From positions 1 to 52,727 of the IMG/VR virus record IMGVR_UViG_3300032050_000188: a DNA stretch of 52,727 nt; one strand, 5' to 3'. The notes beneath the pieces were generated by a model. It searched no databases. It was not told where the DNA came from and worked only from the letters and a program-made list of their open reading frames with translations. Below, piece after piece: positions 35,439 through 45,688 of this stretch. This stretch comes from a virus (lineage: Duplodnaviria; Caudoviricetes). The translations under genes were made by a program, and so were the position numbers. Position 1 is the stretch's first letter; every line of letters starts with the position of its first letter.

Positions 35439-38400
35439 ATGGCCTTGTATCGCGTCACTGCCCCCAACGGAAAAGATTACGAAATTGAGGGTCCAGCGGG
35501 GGCCAGCAACGCGCTGGTTGTTCAGGCACTACTTGCTCAGTACCCAGACGCAGCGAAGAAACCGCCTGAAACCACTGTCCTCGGTCAAGTCAAAGAAGGC
35601 TTCAAGGGGCTGGTGCCCGGTGCAGTAGGTCTTGTTGAAAGCGCGGCTGTGGGTGCCTCTGCGCTCCTGCCAGAACAGTACGAAAAAGCCGCTCGGGAGA
35701 AGATTGCCAGCATCGCTGGCGTAGCCAAGGCCCCGTTCGCTGCTTCCGCAGGATACGAAGACACTGTTGGGCGTAAGCTGGGCGAAGCCATTGGCTCAAC
35801 GGTGCCGTTCTTGGCTGCTGGCCCCCTGGGTCTTGCGGGGCGCATCGGCGCAGTCGGTCTTGGTGTCGGAGCCGGTGCTGGGGAAGCACGCGGGCGTGCC
35901 GAGCAAGGAGGTGCCACTGCTGAACAACGCAGCACAGCCACGGCGCTGGGCATCATCCCTGGAGCGATGGAGGTCTTCGCTCCCTTCCGCATCTTGTCGC
36001 GCATTCCTGACGCTGCCACGGCTCAGGGCGTCCAGTTGGTCAAGCGGGCGCTTGTCGCTGGTGGGGAAGAAGCAGCACAGGAAGCTGCATCAGGCTTCGC
36101 TCAGAACCTGATCGCCAAGGGTGTCTACAAGCCCGAGCAGGAACTCATTGAGGGTCTGGGTGAGCAGGCCGCTTACGGCGGTGCCACTGGTGCCATCGTG
36201 CAGGGGTTGATGGACCTTGCGTTGGGTCGTCGCGCACGTGCTGCGCAGCCTGCTCCGGGTACTCTGCCCGGTGAAACACCAATTGAGCGTGCCGAACGCC
36301 TTGCGGCTGAAGTGGCAGCGGCCAAAGCCGCACAACAACCCCCAGCACCTCCGGTGCCTGCACCGGCACCTGAACCCCCAGCACCGCCGCCCGTGGTGGA
36401 AACACCAGCGCCACCGCCCATCGAGGAGCCCAAGGTTAGAAAGCCCGGTGAGCCGCCCGCTGGCGGTATGCAGCCTGCTGAGATCGAAGGGCTTGGCATC
36501 TCAAAGAAGCAGCCGATCTACCGGCGCATGCTGGGCAAGGACCTTGAGAACCCCGAGCAGCGTACAGAGGTGCTTGCTGACATCGAGAACTACCTGACCA
36601 AGGGTCTGGGTAGCGAAGAGTCACGCGCCAAGCTGACGGAGTTCAAGGCCAAGTTTGCTCCGCCCCCGGTAATTGAAACCCCTGCTGTGCCCCCGGCAGA
36701 GGCTCCGGTGGGCGGAGCGCCCGTTGTTGAACCTACACCACCTGCACCCCCAGTATCGGAGACACCCAGTGTCGCAACTACACCAACTGAACCAGAAGCA
36801 GGTGGAGCAGGCGCTCCAGTGGCTGGCGGACCCGCTGCCGTCGCCGCCCCCGAAGGGGCTGGAGCCGTTGAACCAACTGGAGTGGTTCCTCCTGTCGCGG
36901 ATGCTGGACAGCCTGCTAGAAGAGAAGAAGCAAAGCCCGCTGCAGTAACCCCGGCACCGGCACCCAAGCCCGCACCCGTCACTCCTGAATATACCCAGGA
37001 AGACATCGACCGGGCAGTGGATACCGGACTCCTGACCGAGGAGCAAGCCGAGGTGTACCGCGCAGAACTGCGCGACGAAGGTCCACCCACTGCAATGGGC
37101 ACTGCGTTCCAAAAGCAGGTGGATCAGATCAAGGCGCAGATGGATGCGCTGCGCCGTAACGGTAAGGCTCCGGCCAAGAAGTCACCCGCCCGTGCCAAGT
37201 ACGATGAATTGCAAGCGCAGCTTGATGCGTTGGCACCCAAGGAAGAGGGTGATCTTGTAGATCGTCTGGAGAAGATGGAGGCTTCTGGTGTAGTGGGTAC
37301 CCGTGGGGAAAGGCCCATCATCGACCTCGACGCTGTACGGGAGAACCTGATCAAGGCCCGCGCCGCGCCCAAGATATACGAGGCGATCCTGAACTACATC
37401 GGCGTGGATGCCGATGGCAACTTCCTGCCGAGCACCTACTCACGCGAAGATGCTGCTGAGATGGCGGGCCTTGCGCGAAGCACTGGAGCCAACGTGACCC
37501 GCGCCGCACAGGCGATGGGTATAACTGCCGATGTGGTGAGTCGGTTCCATGCTGGGCAGACGGACATCATCGTCCGTGGCAAGAACGTCTCTGAGGCAGG
37601 GACGGGGGCCACCGACCTGCAGCCCACTCGTGGTGTGCTGTACGAAGCGCCGAAGAAGAACCAGCCCGGAAAAGCAGCCGGGTTCCTGCGCGGTGCACTG
37701 ACTTCTGACGGGAAGCTGGACTTCACAGGGCTCGACAACAAGCAGATTGCTGAGATCTACGCCCGTGCGTCGAACTACGACCCAAAGCGTGGCGGCAACC
37801 TAGAGGTCATCAAGAAGCTCAACGCTGAGATTGCTACTCGTACCAAGACAGACCGTAGGGGGATGCAGTCGGCACTCGACCGCGCCTATCGTGTGGTCCG
37901 TACTGAGGAAGAGGCTGCTGCGGAGCAGACTGAGACCGACCGCGTTGCTGAAGAGGGTGTTGAGGCAGAAGAAGTCGAAACAGAGGACAAGACGCGTCGG
38001 TTGAGCGATGAAGAGGCAGACGAGTCCCAATACCAACTTCGTCAGAAGCCCACGACTGGGATGACTAAGGAGCGGGTAGAGAAGGTAGTTGCTCAGGTCA
38101 CTGAGGGTTGGACCAACCTACCACCTATCGAGGTGGTGCAGTCAGAAACCGACCTCCCTGCGAATATCCAAGAGCAGATAAAACGCGATAAAGTTTCGGG
38201 GCAGGTTCCGGGGCTGTACAACAACGGCAAAGTCTGGTTAATTGCGGACAACAACGCCGCGCCTGTAGAAATCTTCGACACCATCGCGCATGAAGTCACT
38301 GGGCACTACGGCCTACGTGGTGTGCTCGGAGATAAGTACAGCGAAACGATGGGTAGGATCTACACCAGCGATGCTGAGATTCGGATGAAGGCTGTTGAGA

Positions 38401-41324
38401 AAATGCAGCGTCAGCCGAAGTTGACCCGTGATGTGGCAGTGGAGGAAGTTCTTGCAGATATGCAGGAGAAGGACCGTTCGCGCCCGCTCTATAAGCGTAT
38501 CGTTGGCGTCATCCGCACCGCGCTTCAAAAGATCTTTAAGGGTTCACATTACTTCAGTCGTGATCAAGTCGAAGATCTCCTACGACAATCACGCATTTGG
38601 GTAAAGCGTGGGAAGAAAGCAGAAGGCAAAACGGCAGCGACAACCGACGAAGCGCAATACCGCATCACCGCTCAAACCGAAGCTGCTGTCCAAGGTGTCG
38701 ATGTCATCGGGGATAAGGAGCGCCAGACGCTCACCCAGCGCATCAAGACCGATCTGTCCAACAACCCTGCCCTCAAGGCACGGGTCAAGCTCACGGACTC
38801 TCTGGCTGCGCTGGAGGACTTCTTCGTCAACGCCTACGGCGGTGCGACCCGCACTACGAAGACCGGCAGGCTGAACCCGATGGTGCTCATCTCTCGGGCG
38901 CTCGACGCAACCCGCGTCAGCAAGGCGGCGCAGGAGCAAGGCGGGCTGGGCTTCGACACTGGGCTCATCGTTGCCACAGAACTGAAGAACGCCGATGGGC
39001 AGAACATCAGCTACCAGGGCGTCATGGGGCGCATCGCTGAAGCTGCCAAGCAACAAGGCGAGACCTACGAGCAGTTCCGCACCAAGGTAGACACCGTGCT
39101 CTACGGGCACCGGGAATACAACCTGCGGGAGAAGAACAAGACCCTGCCCCCTGATGAGCAGGTCGAGCTGCTGCTGGACGACAAGCAGATCGACGCACTG
39201 GAAGCTGCGTTCCAGAAGGACGACTTCATCAAGGGTGTCTCGTCTGACCTCGACACGATCCGTTTCAACCTGCTGGACACACTTGTGCAGGCGAAGCGCA
39301 TTTCTGAAGAGCAGGCCAAGGACTACAAGGACGCCATCGGCTACATCCCCTTTGAGCGTATTGGAGAGTACGAAAACGCCTGGGCCAATGCGACCCGTGG
39401 TGCCAACCGTGGCGTAGCTGCACTGAAGAACATCCGCAAGCTGGAAGGCAGCGAAGAGCGCAAGACCACATCCGTCACCGAGAACTTCTCCAAGCTCATG
39501 GATTGGGGAACGAAGGAGGCGATGAAGAACGATGCGGCTCTACGTGCGCTGAAGGACATGGTGCTGATGGGCGCTGCGTTCAAGCGCCCCAACAAGCCGA
39601 AGACTGACTCTCCCGGTGACATGATCACCGTGTTCGACGACGGCAAGCCCGTTTCGTTCTACGTGCCTGACCCGGCGCATGTGGTGGCGTTCAGCATCGC
39701 TGACCCGCAACTGTCCAACGTACTCAAGGCATTCCAGCGGGGTTCGCAGGTGCTGCGTGCGGGTGTGACTTCCCTGCCACCGTTCGCTATCAAGCAGGTC
39801 TTCGACGACATCGTCCGCGCCTACACCTACGCAGGGGTGAAGAACAACGCCGCGCTTGTCAAGAGCGTGATGCTCAACTTCCCCAAGAACTGGGTCAACG
39901 AGATCTTCAAGCGCAAGCCCAAGGACATCAAAGCGCTGGAAGGGCTTGGCATTGTCGGCACGTTCGACTTCACACAGCAAGGCAACCTGAAGAACATCCT
40001 TGAGGAAGCCGGGGCGAAGAAGGAGAGCTTGGGCTCCTCGATCATGCGCGTGATGGAAGCTGGTGCCAAGGCATCAGACCTTGCGGTGCGCCAAGCTATC
40101 TACAACCAAGTGATGAAGGAAACCGGGGACAAGGCTCAAGCCGAGTCTGCCGCACGAGAGATCATCAACTTCAGCCGCCGTGGATCTTCAAGGCTCATGG
40201 GGCAGATGATCAGCATCATCCCCTTCTTCAACGCCTATGCGCGAGGCATGGACAAGCTGGCAACGGCTGCTGCGGGTAACGTGGTGGGGCAGGCTACAGG
40301 CACCGCCCGGTCGATGTTCTACAAGCGCATGGCAGTCATGACCTCGATGGGTCTGGCCTATGCCCTGATGATGCAGGACGATGAGGAATACCAGAACCTG
40401 CCTGACCATGTGCGGGATACGAACTGGGTCCTGCCTTACGGCAAGGAGTTAGGCTTCACTCCGGTCATCCCGATTCCTGCTGAACTCGCGTTCTTCTTCA
40501 AGGCTATCCCTGAACGCATCGTCCGGTACTACAAGCTGTACGGCACCGACGAAGAGCAAGCCGCTCTGGATGTGCTGGGTAACCTGACTTCCCGTGGCAT
40601 CGACGTATTCTCGTCGCCCAACATCACGCCGCAGGTGCTCCGCCCGTTCCTTGAGAACATCGCCAACTACTCGTTCTTTCTTGGCCGTCCGTTGGAGAGT
40701 CAGGCGCAGCAAGCCCTGCGCCCCTTTGAGCGCTACGGCACGGGCACCTCGGACGCCATGAAGGCGATAGCCAAGGGGCTGGAAGACGCTGCCAACGCTA
40801 CAGGCATCGAAGCCTTCGCTGTGTCTCCGATCAAGCTGGAGAACGCGATCCGGGGCATCTTCGGCACCGCTGCAGGGCTGGGCTTGTCGATGGCTGACAT
40901 GATGGTCAACCCGGGGCGCACCGACCGCCCCCTGCATCAACAGCTTGGTTCTCAGCTTACGGGCCTGAGCGCGGTGACGAAGGACCCCATCGGCAGTCGC
41001 AACCTCGACTTCATCTACGACTTGGAGAAGCGCGTCGAGCAGGTCAACGGTACAGTGAACCGTTTGATGGAACGCAAGCCCGAGGATGCGGAGCAGTTCA
41101 TCAAGGATAACATCGGCCTGTACTCGATCCGTGGTGCCGTGCAAGGGGTCATGGAAGGCATCCGCACGCTCAACAAAGCCGCGATGGCGGTCAATCAAGA
41201 CAAGTCCGTGAGCCCCGAGGAGCGCCGCAAACAGATCGACCTGCTGCGTATCGACCAGAACAAGTTGGCTCAGCAGGCGATGATGCTGCGCAAGATGGCA
41301 CGGGACATCCAGATGGGGCGGTGA
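35439..41324 (+). CDS. Large polyvalent ejection protein with zincin-like peptidase and LPD38-like C-terminal domain
   Basis: 1961 aa; IAHEVTGHYGL...VEEVLA; INFSRRG, IPFFNAY, Y.NLPD.VRD.NW..P, PIP.E....FK..PE. Confidence 0.7.
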   Translation: MALYRVTAPNGKDYEIEGPAGASNALVVQALLAQYPDAAKKPPETTVLGQVKEGFKGLVPGAVGLVESAAVGASALLPEQYEKAAREKIASIAGVAKAPFAASAGYEDTVGRKLGEAIGSTVPFLAAGPLGLAGRIGAVGLGVGAGAGEARGRAEQGGATAEQRSTATALGIIPGAMEVFAPFRILSRIPDAATAQGVQLVKRALVAGGEEAAQEAASGFAQNLIAKGVYKPEQELIEGLGEQAAYGGATGAIVQGLMDLALGRRARAAQPAPGTLPGETPIERAERLAAEVAAAKAAQQPPAPPVPAPAPEPPAPPPVVETPAPPPIEEPKVRKPGEPPAGGMQPAEIEGLGISKKQPIYRRMLGKDLENPEQRTEVLADIENYLTKGLGSEESRAKLTEFKAKFAPPPVIETPAVPPAEAPVGGAPVVEPTPPAPPVSETPSVATTPTEPEAGGAGAPVAGGPAAVAAPEGAGAVEPTGVVPPVADAGQPARREEAKPAAVTPAPAPKPAPVTPEYTQEDIDRAVDTGLLTEEQAEVYRAELRDEGPPTAMGTAFQKQVDQIKAQMDALRRNGKAPAKKSPARAKYDELQAQLDALAPKEEGDLVDRLEKMEASGVVGTRGERPIIDLDAVRENLIKARAAPKIYEAILNYIGVDADGNFLPSTYSREDAAEMAGLARSTGANVTRAAQAMGITADVVSRFHAGQTDIIVRGKNVSEAGTGATDLQPTRGVLYEAPKKNQPGKAAGFLRGALTSDGKLDFTGLDNKQIAEIYARASNYDPKRGGNLEVIKKLNAEIATRTKTDRRGMQSALDRAYRVVRTEEEAAAEQTETDRVAEEGVEAEEVETEDKTRRLSDEEADESQYQLRQKPTTGMTKERVEKVVAQVTEGWTNLPPIEVVQSETDLPANIQEQIKRDKVSGQVPGLYNNGKVWLIADNNAAPVEIFDTIAHEVTGHYGLRGVLGDKYSETMGRIYTSDAEIRMKAVEKMQRQPKLTRDVAVEEVLADMQEKDRSRPLYKRIVGVIRTALQKIFKGSHYFSRDQVEDLLRQSRIWVKRGKKAEGKTAATTDEAQYRITAQTEAAVQGVDVIGDKERQTLTQRIKTDLSNNPALKARVKLTDSLAALEDFFVNAYGGATRTTKTGRLNPMVLISRALDATRVSKAAQEQGGLGFDTGLIVATELKNADGQNISYQGVMGRIAEAAKQQGETYEQFRTKVDTVLYGHREYNLREKNKTLPPDEQVELLLDDKQIDALEAAFQKDDFIKGVSSDLDTIRFNLLDTLVQAKRISEEQAKDYKDAIGYIPFERIGEYENAWANATRGANRGVAALKNIRKLEGSEERKTTSVTENFSKLMDWGTKEAMKNDAALRALKDMVLMGAAFKRPNKPKTDSPGDMITVFDDGKPVSFYVPDPAHVVAFSIADPQLSNVLKAFQRGSQVLRAGVTSLPPFAIKQVFDDIVRAYTYAGVKNNAALVKSVMLNFPKNWVNEIFKRKPKDIKALEGLGIVGTFDFTQQGNLKNILEEAGAKKESLGSSIMRVMEAGAKASDLAVRQAIYNQVMKETGDKAQAESAAREIINFSRRGSSRLMGQMISIIPFFNAYARGMDKLATAAAGNVVGQATGTARSMFYKRMAVMTSMGLAYALMMQDDEEYQNLPDHVRDTNWVLPYGKELGFTPVIPIPAELAFFFKAIPERIVRYYKLYGTDEEQAALDVLGNLTSRGIDVFSSPNITPQVLRPFLENIANYSFFLGRPLESQAQQALRPFERYGTGTSDAMKAIAKGLEDAANATGIEAFAVSPIKLENAIRGIFGTAAGLGLSMADMMVNPGRTDRPLHQQLGSQLTGLSAVTKDPIGSRNLDFIYDLEKRVEQVNGTVNRLMERKPEDAEQFIKDNIGLYSIRGAVQGVMEGIRTLNKAAMAVNQDKSVSPEERRKQIDLLRIDQNKLAQQAMMLRKMARDIQMGR

Positions 41325-41325
41325 T

Positions 41326-41362
41326 GAAAAAATCCCCCGGAGGCTTGCGCCGTGCCGGGGGT
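41326..41362 (-). terminator. Terminator of the leftward operon at the convergence point
   Basis: CCCCCGG...CCGGGGG stem followed by ATTTTTT on the minus strand. Confidence 0.75.
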
Positions 41363-41405
41363 AATCATCAGGAGAAACAAGCTGGCAACTGAACCAGCGG
41401 GCGCA

Positions 41406-41645
41406 TTATGGGGTACACCAGACCCGAATGCCAAGCACTCCGTTCTCGATCCGCTCCGCCCAGACCAGCGGGTAACGGTTCTTGTAGTGCCGATCCACAG
41501 CAGCGAAGGTCTCCTTGTGCTTCAAGCTGGGGATAAAGAAGCTCTGCAAAGGTGCCAGCGCGTCGGGGATATCAAACTCCGCCCCCTTGATCCGCAGAGG
41601 GCGTCTGTAGTAGTTAAGCCTCTTCTGCAATAGGGATGAAGTCAT
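41406..41645 (-). CDS. Small conserved phage protein
   Basis: SFFIP.L and ENGVLGIRVW motifs; start uncertain. Confidence 0.6.
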   Translation of the reverse strand: MTSSLLQKRLNYYRRPLRIKGAEFDIPDALAPLQSFFIPSLKHKETFAAVDRHYKNRYPLVWAERIENGVLGIRVWCTP

Positions 41646-44418
41646 CGGCTTGGAAACCTAACACCGCCTCTGCGTCTCTAATGCAGTAGGCATTCACCGC
41701 TCCAAAGTCTGCGTCCCACCCGGAGCCCATACGCTTCTTGACGACTTCCAGTTTCTGCTTGGTCTCTGCTTCAAACAAGTCAGGCAACTCACGCGTGTTG
41801 ATGTACTGATCCACGCACCACCGGTTGAAGTCCTTCTGCACGATGAACAGGATTTTAGTATCAGGTTCATACCGAATGACAAGCTGACCTTTGGGCTTCA
41901 CATAGGCTTGGTTCTGCAAGCCGTTAGCCCGTGAGGTGGCGTCCACGATCAGCATGTTGTTGACGTTCTTGTTGACGAACGATGCAATGGATTCCGATGC
42001 CTTGGTAGCTTGGAGCAGCATCTGAGCCCCAGCATTGGATACGAGCCTGACCATCTTACGGGCGATTCTCACGATGTTGTAAGAGACCAACCCAAGATTC
42101 TGCAGGACAACTCCTGCTGTAACCGCGCAGATCACTGCGTTTAGTCGATACCGTTCTGTCTGGGTCCAGTTACCCCTTGAGTAGATAGCGGCCTGCGTCT
42201 CCAACCACATGGCCTGCACCTCTTCTAAATGCGGGACAACGTACTTGAGAAACGCATCCCCGGCGTGGCCGTAATTGTCTGCCAGTGCGTTGAAGACCCT
42301 CTGTATTTCCAGAACATCTTTAGGAACGGGTGTCTGTAGGTAGATCTCGATGGTCCGCGCCATCTCACCCTGCGGGTCTACCTTGATCTTGCTCAGTTGG
42401 TCTTCTAGGTTGGCGTTTGTAGACCAGATCGAGGTGCCCTTCCAAGTGATGTCGTTCGTGCGCTCCGCGTTTCTACCCGCCTCCATGCGGTCTCGGGCAC
42501 GCCCCTGCGTGCTGCCGTAGAGCAGGGCGGAGATCTCTTCCGGCGAGGCGTTGGTCATCTCGTCCAAGCACATGGCGATGCCGTTCCACACCCCCATCCG
42601 GTGCACCTTGGTCATGTGCGTGTCCTGCGCATCCTTCATCATGGCCTTGGGGTCACCGAAGATCGAGTTGACCATCCGCAGGATAGTGGTCTTGCCGGTG
42701 CCGCTGCGCTTGGAGTAGTAGTTGATCACCGCCCCGTTCTCGGGGGACAGCGCCATGAGCACACTGCCGAAGCCAGACAGCAGACCGAAGGCGTGCAGGT
42801 CGAACCGAGGGTCGTTGTAAGCGTTGGCGATCTCCTTCCACTTCTCCAAGGAGCCCCGTAGCGCAAACCAGGGGACGTACTTCTCAACTGACTTACCCAC
42901 CGGGGAACTGACTACGCCATGTTTTGTGTACTCACGATCACCCACAATGAACGTGCCGTTCTTAGTCCATCCAAAACGAGTATGCACATCATCCGCCTTC
43001 ATTCTGAGTTGAAGTTCTTGAATCGACTTGCCCACATAAGTCTGCAACTTGACAAGCTGCGCCTGGGCGAAGACTGCTACACCTTCTGCACTGAGCTTGT
43101 CCCGGAACTTGTCCAATGCACCGATGTCTTTTTGCGGAACCATGAAGTCCCGCACTGCATCATTAGGCAGGTGGTGGCGGAGCCAAACCACATCCCCTAA
43201 CTCCGACTCTCGCATCCGTTTGTATACGTAGAGGTCATAGGGGTAGACTACCTCGGACTTCATCTCATCGCCAACTTTAACGTCGGTATAGACCCCGCCG
43301 TTCGCTCCACGGTAGTAGGGCCACGGGTATGCAGGAATCTCAAACTTCTTCTCTGCGATAATAATCTCAGTAGGCCCCGGTGGCGCAGCTTTGATCGCAG
43401 CACCGAGTTGGATCGGGGACGTTATCTTGCCACTATGCGGACAACCCGCGCACAGTGACGCAGTCTCCATGCCCTGAAAAGTCTCACAGGTATACGGACC
43501 CTTCGTGCCAATAGCCTTTCGCTCGGTTTCATCCGCCGAGTAATTCGGGTGCTTCTCCGACACCGCATGGATGGCCCAGTCACGGTCTTCGCAGTGTTGT
43601 GCAACCGAAAGTACGCCCCGCCAGACAGGCTCTGGTAGCGTATCAGATTGGTCAATCGCGTTTTGTATTTGCGCACAGCCATCTCCCTTGACTGATTTAG
43701 TCCAAATTATTTCGAACTTGCTAATTCGGTTAGGGTCACCACCTGCCAAACTTTTTGTCAGGCTCGATGGTGAAGTCTTTGAGATAGCCTTTGCCTTGTC
43801 AAAAGCAAAGATCTCTGGTGCCCCAATAGCCTTCTTCAGTTCTTCAAAGTCGTATTGGGTGATTGGGGTGAGCAGCGTAACGGTGCTACCGTTCTTGGAG
43901 TTGATCGTCTCAGGTACACGCAGGACGCGAACTGCATCCGCAGTGCAGACAGGATCAGCTTTGAAGTCGTGCTCTTTGCAGAGCGCTTTGAGTCCGCTGG
44001 CTACCTCGATCCATGAGTGGACAGGTACAGCGTCGAAGAAAATCCAGTGGGCGTGTAGGCCGTTGCCCGAATCCACGATGGTGGGACGAGGCAGGTTTGT
44101 TGTCTTACAAAACTCTCTCAGTGCTTGTGCACCCTCGCCCTTGTCAGCGTAGGGCTTGTTGGGACCGCAGTCCACATCAATGTACAGTTCTCTCTTGGCT
44201 ACAGCGTTTTCCGATGTTGCGGTGTCTCCTGCCCCAAACCCAGCAGTGACGTAATAAACATCGTATCCATTATCAACATAAGTCTGTATCTCATCGGCCA
44301 TATCTTGGACTGACGAGAAGAACCGATTGAATGCGCTGCCTGTTGCCTTCTTGATTATTCTGAGAGAGTACCGCGTTCCTTCTGGGAGAATGCCTTCTAG
44401 GAATCTAAGTTGAGACAT
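41614..44418 (-). CDS. Primase-helicase (AEP/RepB-like primase, DUF927, P-loop helicase)
   Basis: YIDVD, VDSGNGLHAHW, RVLRVP, CETF...C..CPH, FGW, Walker A SGTGKTT, Walker B CLDE. Confidence 0.85.
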   Translation of the reverse strand: MSQLRFLEGILPEGTRYSLRIIKKATGSAFNRFFSSVQDMADEIQTYVDNGYDVYYVTAGFGAGDTATSENAVAKRELYIDVDCGPNKPYADKGEGAQALREFCKTTNLPRPTIVDSGNGLHAHWIFFDAVPVHSWIEVASGLKALCKEHDFKADPVCTADAVRVLRVPETINSKNGSTVTLLTPITQYDFEELKKAIGAPEIFAFDKAKAISKTSPSSLTKSLAGGDPNRISKFEIIWTKSVKGDGCAQIQNAIDQSDTLPEPVWRGVLSVAQHCEDRDWAIHAVSEKHPNYSADETERKAIGTKGPYTCETFQGMETASLCAGCPHSGKITSPIQLGAAIKAAPPGPTEIIIAEKKFEIPAYPWPYYRGANGGVYTDVKVGDEMKSEVVYPYDLYVYKRMRESELGDVVWLRHHLPNDAVRDFMVPQKDIGALDKFRDKLSAEGVAVFAQAQLVKLQTYVGKSIQELQLRMKADDVHTRFGWTKNGTFIVGDREYTKHGVVSSPVGKSVEKYVPWFALRGSLEKWKEIANAYNDPRFDLHAFGLLSGFGSVLMALSPENGAVINYYSKRSGTGKTTILRMVNSIFGDPKAMMKDAQDTHMTKVHRMGVWNGIAMCLDEMTNASPEEISALLYGSTQGRARDRMEAGRNAERTNDITWKGTSIWSTNANLEDQLSKIKVDPQGEMARTIEIYLQTPVPKDVLEIQRVFNALADNYGHAGDAFLKYVVPHLEEVQAMWLETQAAIYSRGNWTQTERYRLNAVICAVTAGVVLQNLGLVSYNIVRIARKMVRLVSNAGAQMLLQATKASESIASFVNKNVNNMLIVDATSRANGLQNQAYVKPKGQLVIRYEPDTKILFIVQKDFNRWCVDQYINTRELPDLFEAETKQKLEVVKKRMGSGWDADFGAVNAYCIRDAEAVLGFQADDFIPIAEEA

Positions 44419-44474
44419 GGTGACGAAGGGGTAACCACAGACGCAGGGTCGTGGTTCGGGTGGCGGGGGGCTGG

Positions 44475-44708
44475 TCAGGCCGGAGGAAGAAGGCGACGAT
44501 AGTACGTCAGCACCTTGTCGCGCAAGTGCTTTCCGACCTCGTGTTTACCCGAGAACCACCGATAGACAGCGGCCTTGGAAACGTCGAGGTCAGTGCACAC
44601 TTGCGCGACAGGATGCTTGAGGTATATGCACAGGCGTCCGAGTTGGACGCCCAGCATCGCCGGATCTGCATCCGCGTTCAGCCGAACGATCTTCGCTGAG
44701 TAGGTCAT
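44475..44708 (-). CDS. HTH (Cro/XRE-like) regulator
   Basis: PVAQVCTDLDVSKAAVYRWFSG. Confidence 0.7.
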   Translation of the reverse strand: MTYSAKIVRLNADADPAMLGVQLGRLCIYLKHPVAQVCTDLDVSKAAVYRWFSGKHEVGKHLRDKVLTYYRRLLPPA

Positions 44709-44714
44709 GGTGAC

Positions 44715-44736
44715 AAAGAGGGGGCCGTAGCCCCCC
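44715..44736 (-). terminator. Terminator / attenuator hairpin after the SSB-like gene
   Basis: GGGGGC-TACG-GCCCCC then TCTTT on the minus strand. Confidence 0.6.
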
Positions 44737-44743
44737 GCCTTAC

Positions 44744-45688
44744 TCAGTCGTCAGCGTCATCACCCCAGTCGGACAGGATCGACTTCACGCTCACAGGTGC
44801 TGCCGCTTTGGCTTCCCGCACCACGGGCTCCTCGACCACCTCAACGGCGGCGGGTTCAGCCTTCTTGGGCTTCTCCACCTTGAACTCAGCCTTGGCAGCG
44901 GGCGCTGCGGCTTTGGGCTGGATGAACACAGGCTGCTCCACAGGAGCGGGCGCAGGGGCAGCGGCTTCCGGCGTACCGTCAATTTCCGCAACGGTCATCG
45001 TGACTGCTTCGATGGCGGCAGGCTCATCCATGCGGGCCTTGACCATCTCCCACTCGTGCTCTTCCAGCGGGCGCACGGCGCTGAACACCAGCTTCATGTT
45101 GGCAGAAGTGTCGAAGCGCATCTCGGTCACCACTGCGTTGACTTCGATACCGTGACCGCCAAGGAAGCGTGCGTACTGCTGCAAGCCCATCTTGCGACCT
45201 TCGCCCTGGGCAAAGAGGCTCGACGCGTTGATGCTCATCGCGTAGATGTCACCCTGGATGTCGGAAGCCAGCAGCACTGCCAGACGACGGCTGTAACGGC
45301 AGGCCTTGGAGTCACCCTGCCCAGAGCCCTTGATGTCTTGCGGGCAACCCGTGCAGGACTTGTGCTGCGGGTTCTTGACGTTGGCGTGGGGCTTGGTGCT
45401 GTCATCAGACCAGCAGAGGGGGCGACCCTTCACACCCTTCTCATACTGAGAGCCGTAGAACGTACGGGCGTTGTTGTCCGACGCACGGACGACGATGATG
45501 TTCATGGCGCGGTCTTCGTTCACCGCGACCGACTTGCCACCCACCAGCATCGTGAAGACGTTGTTGTCAATACTGATGCGCTTGCTGCTGCCACCGCCCA
45601 TCAGGGACTTGGTTAGCGAACTCAACTCACCCCTGCGCAGATGTGCAGGCAGTGCGTTACCGGATTGGAAAAGGGTCAGATCAGACAT
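44744..45688 (-). CDS. Putative ssDNA-binding / annealing protein
   Basis: P.CWS.D, C..CPQ..KGSG...KACRY.RRLAV, Pro/Ala linker, acidic tail WGDDADD. Confidence 0.6.
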   Translation of the reverse strand: MSDLTLFQSGNALPAHLRRGELSSLTKSLMGGGSSKRISIDNNVFTMLVGGKSVAVNEDRAMNIIVVRASDNNARTFYGSQYEKGVKGRPLCWSDDSTKPHANVKNPQHKSCTGCPQDIKGSGQGDSKACRYSRRLAVLLASDIQGDIYAMSINASSLFAQGEGRKMGLQQYARFLGGHGIEVNAVVTEMRFDTSANMKLVFSAVRPLEEHEWEMVKARMDEPAAIEAVTMTVAEIDGTPEAAAPAPAPVEQPVFIQPKAAAPAAKAEFKVEKPKKAEPAAVEVVEEPVVREAKAAAPVSVKSILSDWGDDADD

